Source: Octopus sinensis
Taxonomy: Eukaryota
Length of the DNA stretch: 64,000 nt
Assembly: GCF_006345805.1 (NCBI RefSeq)
Contig: NW_021835971.1
Coordinates: 2,944 to 66,943 of the forward strand
Direction of reading: 5' to 3'
Part shown: piece after piece, positions 38,051-49,123 of the stretch
Layout of the letters: every line of letters begins with the position of its first letter
Numbering within the stretch: the first letter of the stretch is position 1
The notes under the pieces: model-generated
Seen by the model: the letters and a program-made list of their open reading frames with translations, nothing else
Told to the model about the DNA's origin: nothing
Databases searched by the model: none
Position numbers and translations under genes: made by a program

Positions 38051-38789
38051 TATAAAATCACGTAATGATAAAAACTTCGTCAATTAATTAAAATCGCTGA
38101 TTTACATGATGATATATTAGACACTCTGTTGCATAAGAATCACTTTTTCTGTCGTTACTTTTCCAACAATTAACAATACATGCCACATCAATTTTCTCTC
38201 AGCCCTTTGAAATTAGCACCATGACACGACGAAAGTTTGATTTTAAAATAGAATGTATAAAATCGTTTTCGAAATCTCGAAAACACAAAAATTCTATCAA
38301 AAGACTTGAATAATAATCTTACAAAGCCTTGATTATTCTCATATCTAAAGGTTGTAAATAAAGCGTATATTTTTTGCTAAAAATAAAAATTCAATATTTA
38401 AACATTCAACAGTTTTATGGGATTCCACATTGTCAAGTAACAATAAATTATTGTACGACGCCCCAAAATGTTCATAATTTTGTTTTAATTTTTCATTTTA
38501 TTTTGCTAAAATGTTAATTTTAAAAAGTGCCCCACCCCTGAAGCTTTCCTATGTTGCGTCAGACAGTAGCTCAATAACTAAGTTGAAGAGATGTATATTT
38601 TGTGTTTTGAAATCGGTGTACATAATTTTTAATAATATGCGGCATGAGCACCAGGTCACAATGGAAAATTTATACGCACATTGTTCTGATGTTTTAAGGA
38701 ACGAAGAGAATCGACTGAATATTTTTTTAAACAGCTGCCTTTGGATAAACAAAAAAAACAAAATAAAAGGCCATCGTCAGCAATCCAGA

Positions 38790-39100
38790 ACTCGATTTCC
38801 TGTTTATTTAAACAGTCGTTAATTCTTGGATTGAGAGAACGAGCAAATAGACAGGCAGTTTCCGCGGAATATCGCAAGGAAATGTGCTGAAAAAGCCAGC
38901 TAGACTCACGTCTCTCGTGACTCTTCCTTGAGATCATTAAACCAATTTCCGAAAGTGACTCCAGGGCTTTTGGGCTGATTATCCCACTCGTCTCAAAAGC
39001 GAGGGGGACAAAAAGGCAGGTGTTCTATAATGAGGCGTACTTTGCGATTTTTTTCGTTTCGGCATGTGCTGAGGCTGAGCTAGGGCGGGAGGCAGAGTCG
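38790..39100 (-). mobile_element. CRE-like 3' remnant
   Basis: FVPLAFETSGIISPKALESLSEIG...RESSWLFQHISLRY. Confidence 0.7.
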
Positions 39101-39989
39101 ACATGTAATTATGTGTTGATTTGTTTACGCAAAAAGACTGACAATATTAAATGTTATTGATTTAATTTTTTTTAATGTTCTAAATTTATCTAATTAATTA
39201 CAATAAATTCTCATGTCCTAAATACGTCATTTTTTTCTTGTGTTGTGATTGTGGTTGTTAATTTTTATTTTTTTCTTTTGCTTTCATATTTTATTTTTAT
39301 AATATTTTGTTTTTTCATTTGTTTGAAGATTAATTCAATTGACTACTGGTAAAATATCACTGATAAATTTTATTTTGCAAGTCTATTCATTTTATTGATT
39401 AATTAATCTTCATTCATATGGATTTTTCCAATTATATTTATTTCTTTTTAGTATTTTTTGTTTATCTCGATCTTTTTACTATTTTATTGTTTATTTTTTT
39501 ATAGTTTATTCTAGTAAAATATGGATTTTACTTTTAAGAATTTAAATAAATAAAATGTCCCATATTCCTTGTATCTTGATTTCAACTGTGGACATTTTTA
39601 CTATGAATGGATTAATAATTTATAGCGGGATAACTAAGCTGAAGAGATCTATACATCGTGTTTTAAAATTGGTGTTTTCGTCAAAATGGATGTTCAAGAG
39701 CGATTTGGCTGAATTTTTTAGTCATATACAGTGACTGTAAAATGTCCTGATATTTAAAGCAGGGTGAACATCGCCTTTCTCCGACTCTTTCGTGTGGTGA
39801 ATATTTTTTGTCTATGATAATTAGTTTAATGAACAATTAAATGTTTTAAGATATTCAATCCATTTCTGATTAAACTGATGGTCGTGAGAGATATTAGAAT
39901 AAAAAAAATCCAATAAAAGTTATTCTAAGTTTTGTTGGAAAATGTGTTCATAATCACGTTAGCTCAATAATCCTCGTCTCCTGGAATTT

Positions 39990-40650
39990 TTCTCCTCTTG
40001 GGAGAGCTTTCCACCAACGCACCATCAGCACTTTCATTGAGGAACTCATAAATGATCATAATACCAGATACAGATGTAGAACATAAGAGAAGATGTTTGG
40101 TATCATAGCATCAGAACACTGACAAAGTGTCAATGAGCTGGTGCCTACAGATGATAACGCATTCCTAATTGATGGCAACAAGGAATTATTGATCGAAGTC
40201 TCTCTACTTTTCTTTTTTATGTCACTGGAATCTTTTTTGTGCAGAAGGAATATTTTTTTCAACTGTTGAACGAACGTTAGCCTGCAGTAAGCGAACAGTC
40301 CTGCATCACACCCGCTCTGCTCCATCTTGTTCGACTGCTCCACATCAGGATCAGCCTTTTGAGGGAATATTCAAGCTTTCTATATTCGGACTGGGAGATT
40401 TTACCTCCAAATTTAGAATCAAAATTCTCTAGTATGACATTCCAACAACACCTGGGGACACGTTCTAACCTCGCATGGATAGCTTCAAGGACTGATACCG
40501 CACAGCTTCTTCTATCTTTAACATCAATAGAGGAAATAATTGCTTTTAACGCATTCAATTTTGAGTTCGTTCCCAGAGGCTTGAACTTTCATCAACAGAA
40601 CGAGGCTGGACGTCCTCCATGGTCGTTCTTTTTATAGGTTCCGTGCTATT
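39990..40650 (-). mobile_element. 5' coding fragment of a second RLE-type (R4-like) retrotransposon
   Basis: VLEAIHARLERVPRCCWNVILENFDSKF parallels VVESAKRRFGRIPRGGWRLIAECFNVRF at 3108-3452. Confidence 0.55.
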
Positions 40651-40689
40651 TTCGGCACTGGAGTCCAGGTATTTAGTTATAGAAGAGCC

Positions 40690-41340
40690 AAGCATACCAA
40701 CCCTATTTATTTACCCACGGCCCCTTCAATTGAAGGAAACCGGTGGCTAACAAGAACGAAATTGCCAATGTCGGACGCTCCCAAGGATCCCCGATCGCGA
40801 TCCGGTGTTTTGAGGAAGCAGAAAATGGGCCTGGACACGAGAAAAGGTCACTGAGAGAGTGAGAATGCGTGGATTCGGCAAGACTTATTCTTCAACGATA
40901 ATACTCGGGTTTTTCTCGAGAGGGAGGATTCGTTGTTGTTTATTAGTGGCGGAATGCGTCCCAGAAGCTTGTTTATTCCAAGACATCTGATTGTCTTCGT
41001 AGCTACCAAGTTGTGAATTTTCTTCTGGTTATTGTCGGAGGAAATGGTTTAAGCATGCAGATTTTGTCCGCGAGGGCCGGAATTATTTTCCTGTTATTAG
41101 AGGAGTGCCAAAGAAAGTAGGCGGAGTGATTTGGCGTTCGGCATTTGACAAGAAATTGTAGCACGAGCATTTCAAAATGGTCTCGTCATGTGGTTCACCT
41201 CCTCGTGGAGACGATTGGATGCTATTCTCTTTCATTAACAAACAGAACCAACCTTTTCTCCTTGCCAACCAACCTGTCAACGGTTTGGTTGGTAGTTGCT
41301 ACGGGACGAGCGTCAAGCTTATGTTCCCTGACTCTGTTGT
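40690..41340 (-). mobile_element. Ingi/Vingi-like 3' fragment
   Basis: KKIHNLVATKTIRCLGINKLLGRIPPLINNNESSLSRKTRV resembles the C-terminal region of Vingi-type ORFs. Confidence 0.5.
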
Positions 41341-42634
41341 TGATATTTTTTTAAAAAATTTGATATAATAAAATCTAAGTTGTAAAAAATAAAAGAATAC
41401 AAAATTTGACACACAAATTTCGGACAAGGTTAACAAAAATTAAAATGTATCGGTTTATGTCTAGAAAGTTTAAACATTAATCTTATTTTACTTATACCTT
41501 CAATAAAAAAACCTAATTTGTCATAAAAATTTCCAAATTTCTAAAAAAGTATTTCAGATATAAAACAGTAAATGTCCTAGTGCGGATTCAAATGTCTTGA
41601 CTATCCACATTAACCTAGTCGGATGTATATACTAGATCAAATCCACTTTCTCCAACAAATTCATTTTCCTCAGTCCTTTCTATTTCCCTTTAAATGGAGT
41701 TCAATAATTACACTTTTGTAAATGATAAAATTTTTAATAATCAATTAAGATAGTTGTCAATCTACTGAATTTACAAGAGTTAGAAATTCCTTTATTGCTT
41801 AATTCTTGTAACTTCAAGAAATTTGATGTAAAGAATTAGTAGATGCACATTCCATCTGTCCATCATAGTTGCAACAAATTTTATAAACCACAAAGGAGTC
41901 TTCGCAGGCACTCAACGGAGTAGGCATGGTCAACATTTCCCTTTTTTATATCCACTTACATCGACTAGATCAAACTAGTAAGTTGGTAAAAATTTACAAT
42001 CCCTAGAAAATACTGTGTTAAAGTGTTTAAAACAGCTGAAGAGATTTTGGTGTATACGAAAACAAACTCAATACCACTGAGAGCAGGTGTAAATTCATTT
42101 ATATTTAATAATTACGAGTTAACACTTAAAACAAACCGGACGTGACGCCGTTTTAATAAAAAAAGACGTAAATTGTTATTCCGAAGTGTGAAACTCCATT
42201 TTTAATAAAAAAGACGTAGATTTCTACGCGAGAATGTGTTTGAGCAGTAGCATCCTAAATAATGGATTTCCTTCAATTTTATTTTTCCTGCTTAATTTAA
42301 TATTTTTTAATTTTTACTTTAAAATAAACACTAATCAACTTCTTGTTTATTACTGCTGGATCCTCAAATTTCGATCGAGTAGATCCTCATTTTTGCACAC
42401 ACTGTCTGCAATACTTTAACATCACTTAATTTTGATTTTTCAAATTGCAATTTGAAGTTCGTAATTGCCAAATTCTTGAAAATGGTATAGTTTTCATATG
42501 CCAACTGCAAGCGCAATGAAACCGAAGAATTTGAGCCGGGTCTTTTGACCATTGGACGTTCTTTATTATGAATATCAAATTCATATTTTTGGCAATAACT
42601 TTGTTTTTCTTTGCATCAGTTTGATCATATAATA

Positions 42635-43844
42635 CAGGTGTTCTCAACCGGGGGCGAATCGCCCCCCTAGGGGCGAAAATTTTGTACAGGGGGGCGATAA
42701 TTTTGTAGAGGGGGGCGATAATATATTTAATAAAATATTCGAATTTTAATATAATACAAGTATTTATACATGTTAATTTTAATAATGTTTCAGATTTATT
42801 AATATTTGTTCTATAGTGTTTATCCTTAAATTTTATATTTAGAATAGCACGCTGTTTTTACATTCTTGTTTGGTATCTAAGATGTCTTCTCGCTCAAATA
42901 AGAAAAGTCGTCATTATCAAAACGAATATTTAAAATATGGGTTTAATATGGCCTAAAGTTGAGCAGAATTAAACCCGACATAGAATATAGGGTTTTCGGA
43001 TCAATATAATAACTTTTCGAATCATATAATAATTTTTCGAACCAATATAATAATTTTTCGAACCAATATAATAATTTTTCGAACCAATACAATAATTTTT
43101 CGAATCAATATAATAATTTTTCAAATCTTCTGAACATTCAATCGAACCAGCGATGGTTCGCCGACAAATAATATCTAATGATGTCGTTATTCTTGAATCA
43201 CTTCAGAATTTGAGCATCTATTCAAATACGTTAACATCTTTCTGTAGAAGGATCCGCAATGTTCACTTGTTATATTTCGTTGAATTTAGATGTAATTAGG
43301 CATCTAAGATCTTTTTCATTCTTGGCTTTACCACGGACTACCAAGTTTTTCTATACTGAAAAAACATTTTCCAGTCCACGGTAGTGATGAATCCTCGCAT
43401 TATCCATAATAAAAATAGGATTATTTGTCGGCGAACCATCGCTGGTTCGATTGAATGTTCAGAAGATTTGAAAAATTATTATATTGATTCGAAAAATTAT
43501 TATATTGATTCGAAAAATTATTATATTGATTCGAAAAATTATTTATGATTCGAAAAGTTATTATATTGGTTCGAAAAATTATTATATTGATCCGAAAACC
43601 CTATATTTAGCGAGTAAGCATCAATATCAAGGGTCTCACTAATAATTTTTAATAAAAATTCAATTTTTTACATTTGATTTATTATTTTAAATTTTGATTT
43701 TTGAGTTATATACAAAAAACAACCAATTAAGGGACAATGCCCAAAAATTTTTGAATTGTATGTGGACAAGGGGGCGATAAAATTTCAAAGGGGGCGATAA
43801 AATATCTAAGGGGGCGATGAACAAAAAAAGGTTGAGAATGCCTG
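42635..43844 (+). mobile_element. Non-autonomous hAT element
   Basis: TIRs CAGGTGTTCTCAACC / GGTTGAGAATGCCTG, 8-bp TSD ATATAATA, and repeated GGGGCGA subterminal motifs at both ends. Confidence 0.9.
42990..43601 (-). mobile_element. Foldback-like IS630/Tc1 derivative nested in the hAT element
   Basis: Inverted arms of about 183 bp (42990-43172 and 43420-43601), each with six 20-21-bp tandem units, and TA flanks. The centre encodes IMDNARIHHYRG/LENVFSV*KNLVVRG on the minus strand. Confidence 0.85.
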
Positions 43845-44099
43845 ATATAATAGATAATTTCCATTGTGTGTTGACTATTTTTAGATGATACAACCAGTAA
43901 TTCAATCATTAGTAATTGTAGATCTGCGCCTTCAATACAAAAAAAATGGAACTTTTTCATCAACAAAAGAAAAGGTTTCCGAATGATGCTTGACTTTATA
44001 TCTTTTCTTTTCCAAAATTTCGTCGAAATTTTTTTTATTACATTTTGCAAATATATCCTTTTTAAGGATAGATGATTTTTTATATTCGACAAAAGGACA

Positions 44100-44480
44100 A
44101 ACGACTGAGTTAATATGGTTACGGCTTCACAAGACGCTCGACAAGCCTTGCGAATAGCGACGCCATTTTTGAGATTAAAGCGAAAGACAGGGCGTTTTCC
44201 GTCTCCTCTATTAAGTCTAACTGATTCGAGAATTGACCGGGCATCACCGGAAACAAGGGCTCTCTGTAAGATAACGTTGATTTCGTTGTTACGAGGTGCA
44301 CGCCCACCACTCCGACAGCAAGCAAGATGGTGCAAACTGTATTCGTTAACAGTTCCCCCACAGAGGCATTTGTAGACCTTGCAGATCTTCACCTCGATGC
44401 GAAGGGAAATTGCAATACGTAAACAATTCTTGTCCAGTAGGATAATATAATTCGTTGTGCTTATTGCACTGCTATCCTCA
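44100..44480 (-). mobile_element. CRE-like RLE fragment
   Basis: LRIAISLRIEVKICKVYKCLCGG...HHLACCRSGGRAPRNNEINVILQRAL...RGDGKRP. Confidence 0.8.
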
Positions 44481-45434
44481 CATGCACTGTCCTGCGTCAC
44501 TAAACTTTAAGTCGAGACTGTGGCGAATTTTTAATCCATGTTGATTTATTTAGGGATTAATTAAAGACTACTGTATTGTTTATTCATTGGAATGCTATAT
44601 TCGAAACTGTTAAAACTGGCACCATGTTGAGTTCGCGAGGAATGATTGATTGCATTTTTTCCTTATAAGGCAGTCCATTCCCCTTAATATAGTCATTTTA
44701 CTGTCGACTGCATTTCAATGATACAATTGAAGGACAGTTGGGTGACATTTCCGTCTTCCGAAGTGTTCATATTTCGGAAAATGCTGATCAGATGCGTCTG
44801 TCGAATCGTTGGATTAAGTCGTTGGTCGTTATTAGTTTTGGAAAACTGTCTCCGCCACTTATTTATATCGGGAATTTCCACACGAATGATTTTATTTACG
44901 CGTTAAATTAGCATGCTACTAGAACATGAGGTATCCACTTGATCAGACTAGTAGGGGTCTTTTACACTTTCGTATAACCGAAATGAATTAAAGACCACAT
45001 TTCACTGTGTTGGTCGAATGGATCCAGAAAGTGTAAGGACTCTGAGAGTGAGAGTACTGGTGATATTGTAAGATGAATTTACGGGAAAATGTACCACAAG
45101 CCCCGTTAAATAATTATAATTTGGCTCTAAACATTGAAGGGTTGTTTGAGTTAACTAGTGAATACGTTCGACGGATAATCGAATCAGTAAATTAAAATAG
45201 ATATACGAATTACAAAAAATAATAAATTTGTGTAGTTATAAATTTCACAAAGAAAAGAGTCATCTAATATTTGAGATAATTTTCAAAAAATTTCATATCT
45301 CAAGAATTAAATAGATGATAAGATAACCAAAAAATTTTTAAAACGATAAGATTAGATGAATTATCAGAAAATAGTTAATTAATCAGTAAATTAGTATTTA
45401 AAGATGTTAATGTAAACCAAAAACCAGGATAAGA

Positions 45435-46975
45435 TCAGAACCCATAGATGAAGAGCTTAAGCATTTCAAATCCTGCTTCTGGCTGATCCGTTGGAACCAT
45501 ATGTCCAGAATCTCTCACGATTAACTGCATTAAATTCCCGGCAGTTTTATAATATCCATTCACTCTTGAACCGTTTGCCGAGTACCAAATTTGTTGAGGA
45601 GCATTTGAAAATTTTTCTTTTCTAGTCCAATTAAGTTCTCTTAAAAATGCACTGGTCGCAATATAAGGTACGATTACGTCAACTTGTCCGGAATAAAAGA
45701 GAGTCTGATAATAATAATTTAAATTACTTTATAGCCTGCATCGAGGATATTTTGTATTGTGGGGGCCATTGATTTGGAGATATCTTCATATAGCTTCCGA
45801 TAGGGAAGATCGCAGATGTCACAATAAGTTAAATTTCCTGCGTTTAATCGACGAGAGTTTTTGTTCACGAAATCAACATAATTTTGATGAGGAACTTCCT
45901 AAACTTATAAATTATTTAAATAAAACCTCGTCGAGTATATAATTATAATAGTCAGTAAGACCAGTTAGTTCATAGAATAGGTCAAATATTTTATCAAAAT
46001 ACTACTTTTATTCAATAAAAGGAACCTCACTGCTGCGATAAAAATTTTTAGCTTCAATGTTCTGACGTGCTAAAAAATTCAAATCATCAAATTTGCCAAT
46101 TTGATTATCGAAAATAAGTCCAATATTATACAGATATGTTCCGAAGTCAAACATCTTTTTTATAACTAAAAAATACTTACATTATAAGGATCACAAAGAC
46201 CGTCTCCAATTGCCATTCCAACTAAATTAATTGGCGTTGGATTGTTCCAGTTATATTGATCAATTGCAGAAACCATCGCGGGAATATATTTCCCGGCATA
46301 AGATTCTCCAGTAATGTAAAGGGGGTTAATCCTCAATTCTGGGAAAAGCAGATATAAATTGTTGCATGAAACTAACTCGTGTCAATTTGATAAGATTACA
46401 TTGTTAAATAATAACCGACTTGTTCTTCGTTTGTCAGATAACATTCTTCTTGATTTGTAAAACTAAACCCAGCTCCGACCTGAAATTAATTATTTAAAAT
46501 ATACAGGATTATCAATGTAAAGAACGTTAAATTCTTTTGTCCACGAGATTTCCCTTAATTTTACTGTAAAGCTAATCAAAATTAAATTACATTCGTTGTT
46601 TGAATTGATAAAGTAGGGACCATTTTCTACAAAGGCGCCGTATATCGAAGAGGCTCCGGGTCCACCTTGCAACCAAACTAGAATGGGTGCTGATGTGTTT
46701 CCGTTCTTTTGTGATCAAAAAAATAATTAAACCTCTGCTGGAAAATACCAGAAATATGTATTTCTTTCACATTCAGTGCTTACTCTGAAAAAACCTGCGT
46801 AGAGTTCAACATTTCCTATAAAAGGTTCAACTCTGCTCAATTCCCTAGCCAATTCTTTCTGTCCTTTATTTAAGTAGTCAGTGAGAATTAAAGGTTCGTC
46901 GCTTGAAATTCGAGGAAAATTTATATAGTTGCATCCGATGTAAAATACAATTAAAATGATAACGAAAATTTTCAT
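45435..46975 (-). CDS. CPVL: Secreted serine carboxypeptidase (S10, CPVL/venom-type), 9 exons, one apparent 1-nt frameshift
   Basis: Signal peptide MKIFVIILIVFYIG; PLILTDYL; WLQGGPGASS; LYIDNPVGAGFSF; catalytic GESYAGKY, YSGQVDVIV and SGHMVPTDQP; 8 short GT-AG introns. There is an extra base near 46355. Confidence 0.85.
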
Positions 46976-47879
46976 TCTCTAATCTTTAAAAATATTTGAA
47001 AGTGTATTAATTCTTTATACTGTTGGTTTGACGTTTAAATATATTTTCTTTAATAATTATAGTCAATACAATAAAATAAGAAAATGTATTAATCTTAGAA
47101 AAAATTTATTAACATGTCTCCAATAAAAAGTTTCAACAAATAAATACTATACTTTTTTATTAGTGAAGTTATATCATCGATTTTTCTACTTGCATTTTTA
47201 CGCGTATCTCACAAATGGTTTCGCTTAAACCATGCATTTTGGCCACCCTTCATGCCATCTTCGCTTACGGACAACAAGTTGAAATGAGGTTTTGGGTCTT
47301 GCTCTGAATTCATTATTTTCAGTGCGAAAATAATTTTCCATTATTCGGTTGCACGGTGTATTTGACATAGTCTAATAAATATAGCTCCGAGTTTGTTAAA
47401 AGATTTTTTATTGCTTCAGACAAAACCATTTATCGAAATTAAAAATTTTTTTATATTAATACATCACAATGATAATTTTGAGGCGATGAAATATTTGGTT
47501 GGGGAATGAAAGTTCAAAAGGGGCGACGAGTAAAAAAGATTGAAAATCACTGCTCTTGACGACTAAAAAACGTAAACTTAGTTATGAACCCTAACTCTTT
47601 TATTTGAAAATTAGCCACAACAAAAAACCCCAAATTTTGGGTATCACTTATGATTAATTTCTGTGTTTTTCTACCAACGTGAATACAATATGTATCAAAG
47701 CCAGGCACAACCTGGACGCACCACATACAGTTCTGGTTATTCTTTTGAAAAAGCCATGGAAAGTTTAAAACTGATATAAAAACAATTTATTCAAATAACA
47801 ATGAACTATGCCTTCTCTTGCTAATCTCCGTAGGTCTCTTTCACATCATTTGAGAACTTACAACAAGTACAGAATTCTG

Positions 47880-48450
47880 GGCTCAGAACGATGATCGGAT
47901 GTTTAAAATCTTCCCCTATTAGTCACCTCTTGAAATGCATGGGTTCCAATTTTTGGATGACTCCTCGGCTGCTTACCACCCGCCTCACAATCTTCCCAAA
48001 TCCACCAAAAAAAAAGAAAATACGTGCTACTTGTGCTGATCTGGAAAGAATTCTGTTGAAAATCCTTTTAGGAAACAGATAAAAAAAGATCGGCATTAAT
48101 ATACGACTTTATTTCCATGAGAGCCATTCCGAGACTATCACTAAACAAAATACTCTAAGAACCTCTCCAGGAAATTGATAAGTCAGAATTACCATTGCTA
48201 AGAAAAAAACGTGTGTTCCTCGTAAGACTTCGCAGCGGGCATCACCCCTGCCTTGGAAGTGATTACATAGGAAAAAAACAGAAAGAAGACTTTGCCACGT
48301 GTGTAAGTCCAATCCGATTTCCGTCCACCATTTGTTGTTCTGTTTTAGACCACTCGGAAAGTCGTTACCACACGTATCGTTTTAGGATTTCTCGGAGCGA
48401 CCGTCCCACGTCGTGCCCCGTTTAATAACCGCTGGTTTTCTGCATGTCAG
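47880..48450 (+). mobile_element. Ingi/Vingi-like 3' end fragment
   Basis: RVFLVRLRSGHHPCL...CHVCKSNPISVHHLLFC (C-terminal CCHC). Confidence 0.65.
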
Positions 48451-49112
48451 AGTTTGAGACTACTATCAAACTAAACTTATTGTATTTTCTCATTCTAAGT
48501 TTCAGTGATATATGTTTTTTCTGAGTCAGATGTTGTATATTTTGTAAAGTATATAAAAGCCAGCATTTTTTGATAAATATTATCAGCATCATTTAGTAGT
48601 GATTTGGGTTTTTTGTGTACTTCAGCATTTATCATTTCTTGACTTAGTCCGTTCGATTCGTATATAGTCAGTTGTTAAAATATTATTTGCAGATTCCATT
48701 TATTCAAAATAATTTGTACTTTAAGTAGAATTTGGTATTTCCTTGTCAGTAGATATAAAGTCTACATCATTTTCATAAAATAGTTTAATTTTATCTTTTA
48801 TTTAGGGCTCATATCGTCTCTCTGGGAGCTGCTTCAGATACATGATGCAGTAAGGAAGGCGAATTCTGCGGTGAAGTCAACTAATACCAGCAGTTTTTTT
48901 CCTCTATAAAGAACACTATTATACTTTAAGAATACAGTTGTCGATCTCCTTTTAATGTCTGTGTACAACAAACCTGATTTTAAAAGTTCTGACGCACAGA
49001 CATTGCATTCTAGATCGCAACTGATTATCCTAAATAATATTAAAAGCTTCAATTATTTTAACATTAATTCATTTTTATATAAATATTTAAATAATAAATT
49101 TTATTTGTGTCA

Positions 49113-49118
49113 CACGTG
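49113..49118. promoter_or_regulatory. E-box CACGTG immediately upstream of the NOG1 start codon
   Basis: Lies within the near-palindrome GTCACACGTGTTGAC, 5 nt before the ATG at 49124. Confidence 0.35.
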
Positions 49119-49123
49119 TTGAC

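Noticed and set aside
35701-38082. 18-bp direct repeat TGATAAAAACTTCGTCAA at 35701 and about 38065 as the TSD of the CRE element
   Set aside because: A closer 10-bp duplication abuts the 5' junction and the poly(A) exactly. The 18-mer is offset from both ends and remains unexplained.
43001-43600. Regularly repeated 21-bp units as a CRISPR array
   Set aside because: The units are directly adjacent with no spacers, they form the inverted arms of a transposon, there are no cas genes, and the context is eukaryotic.
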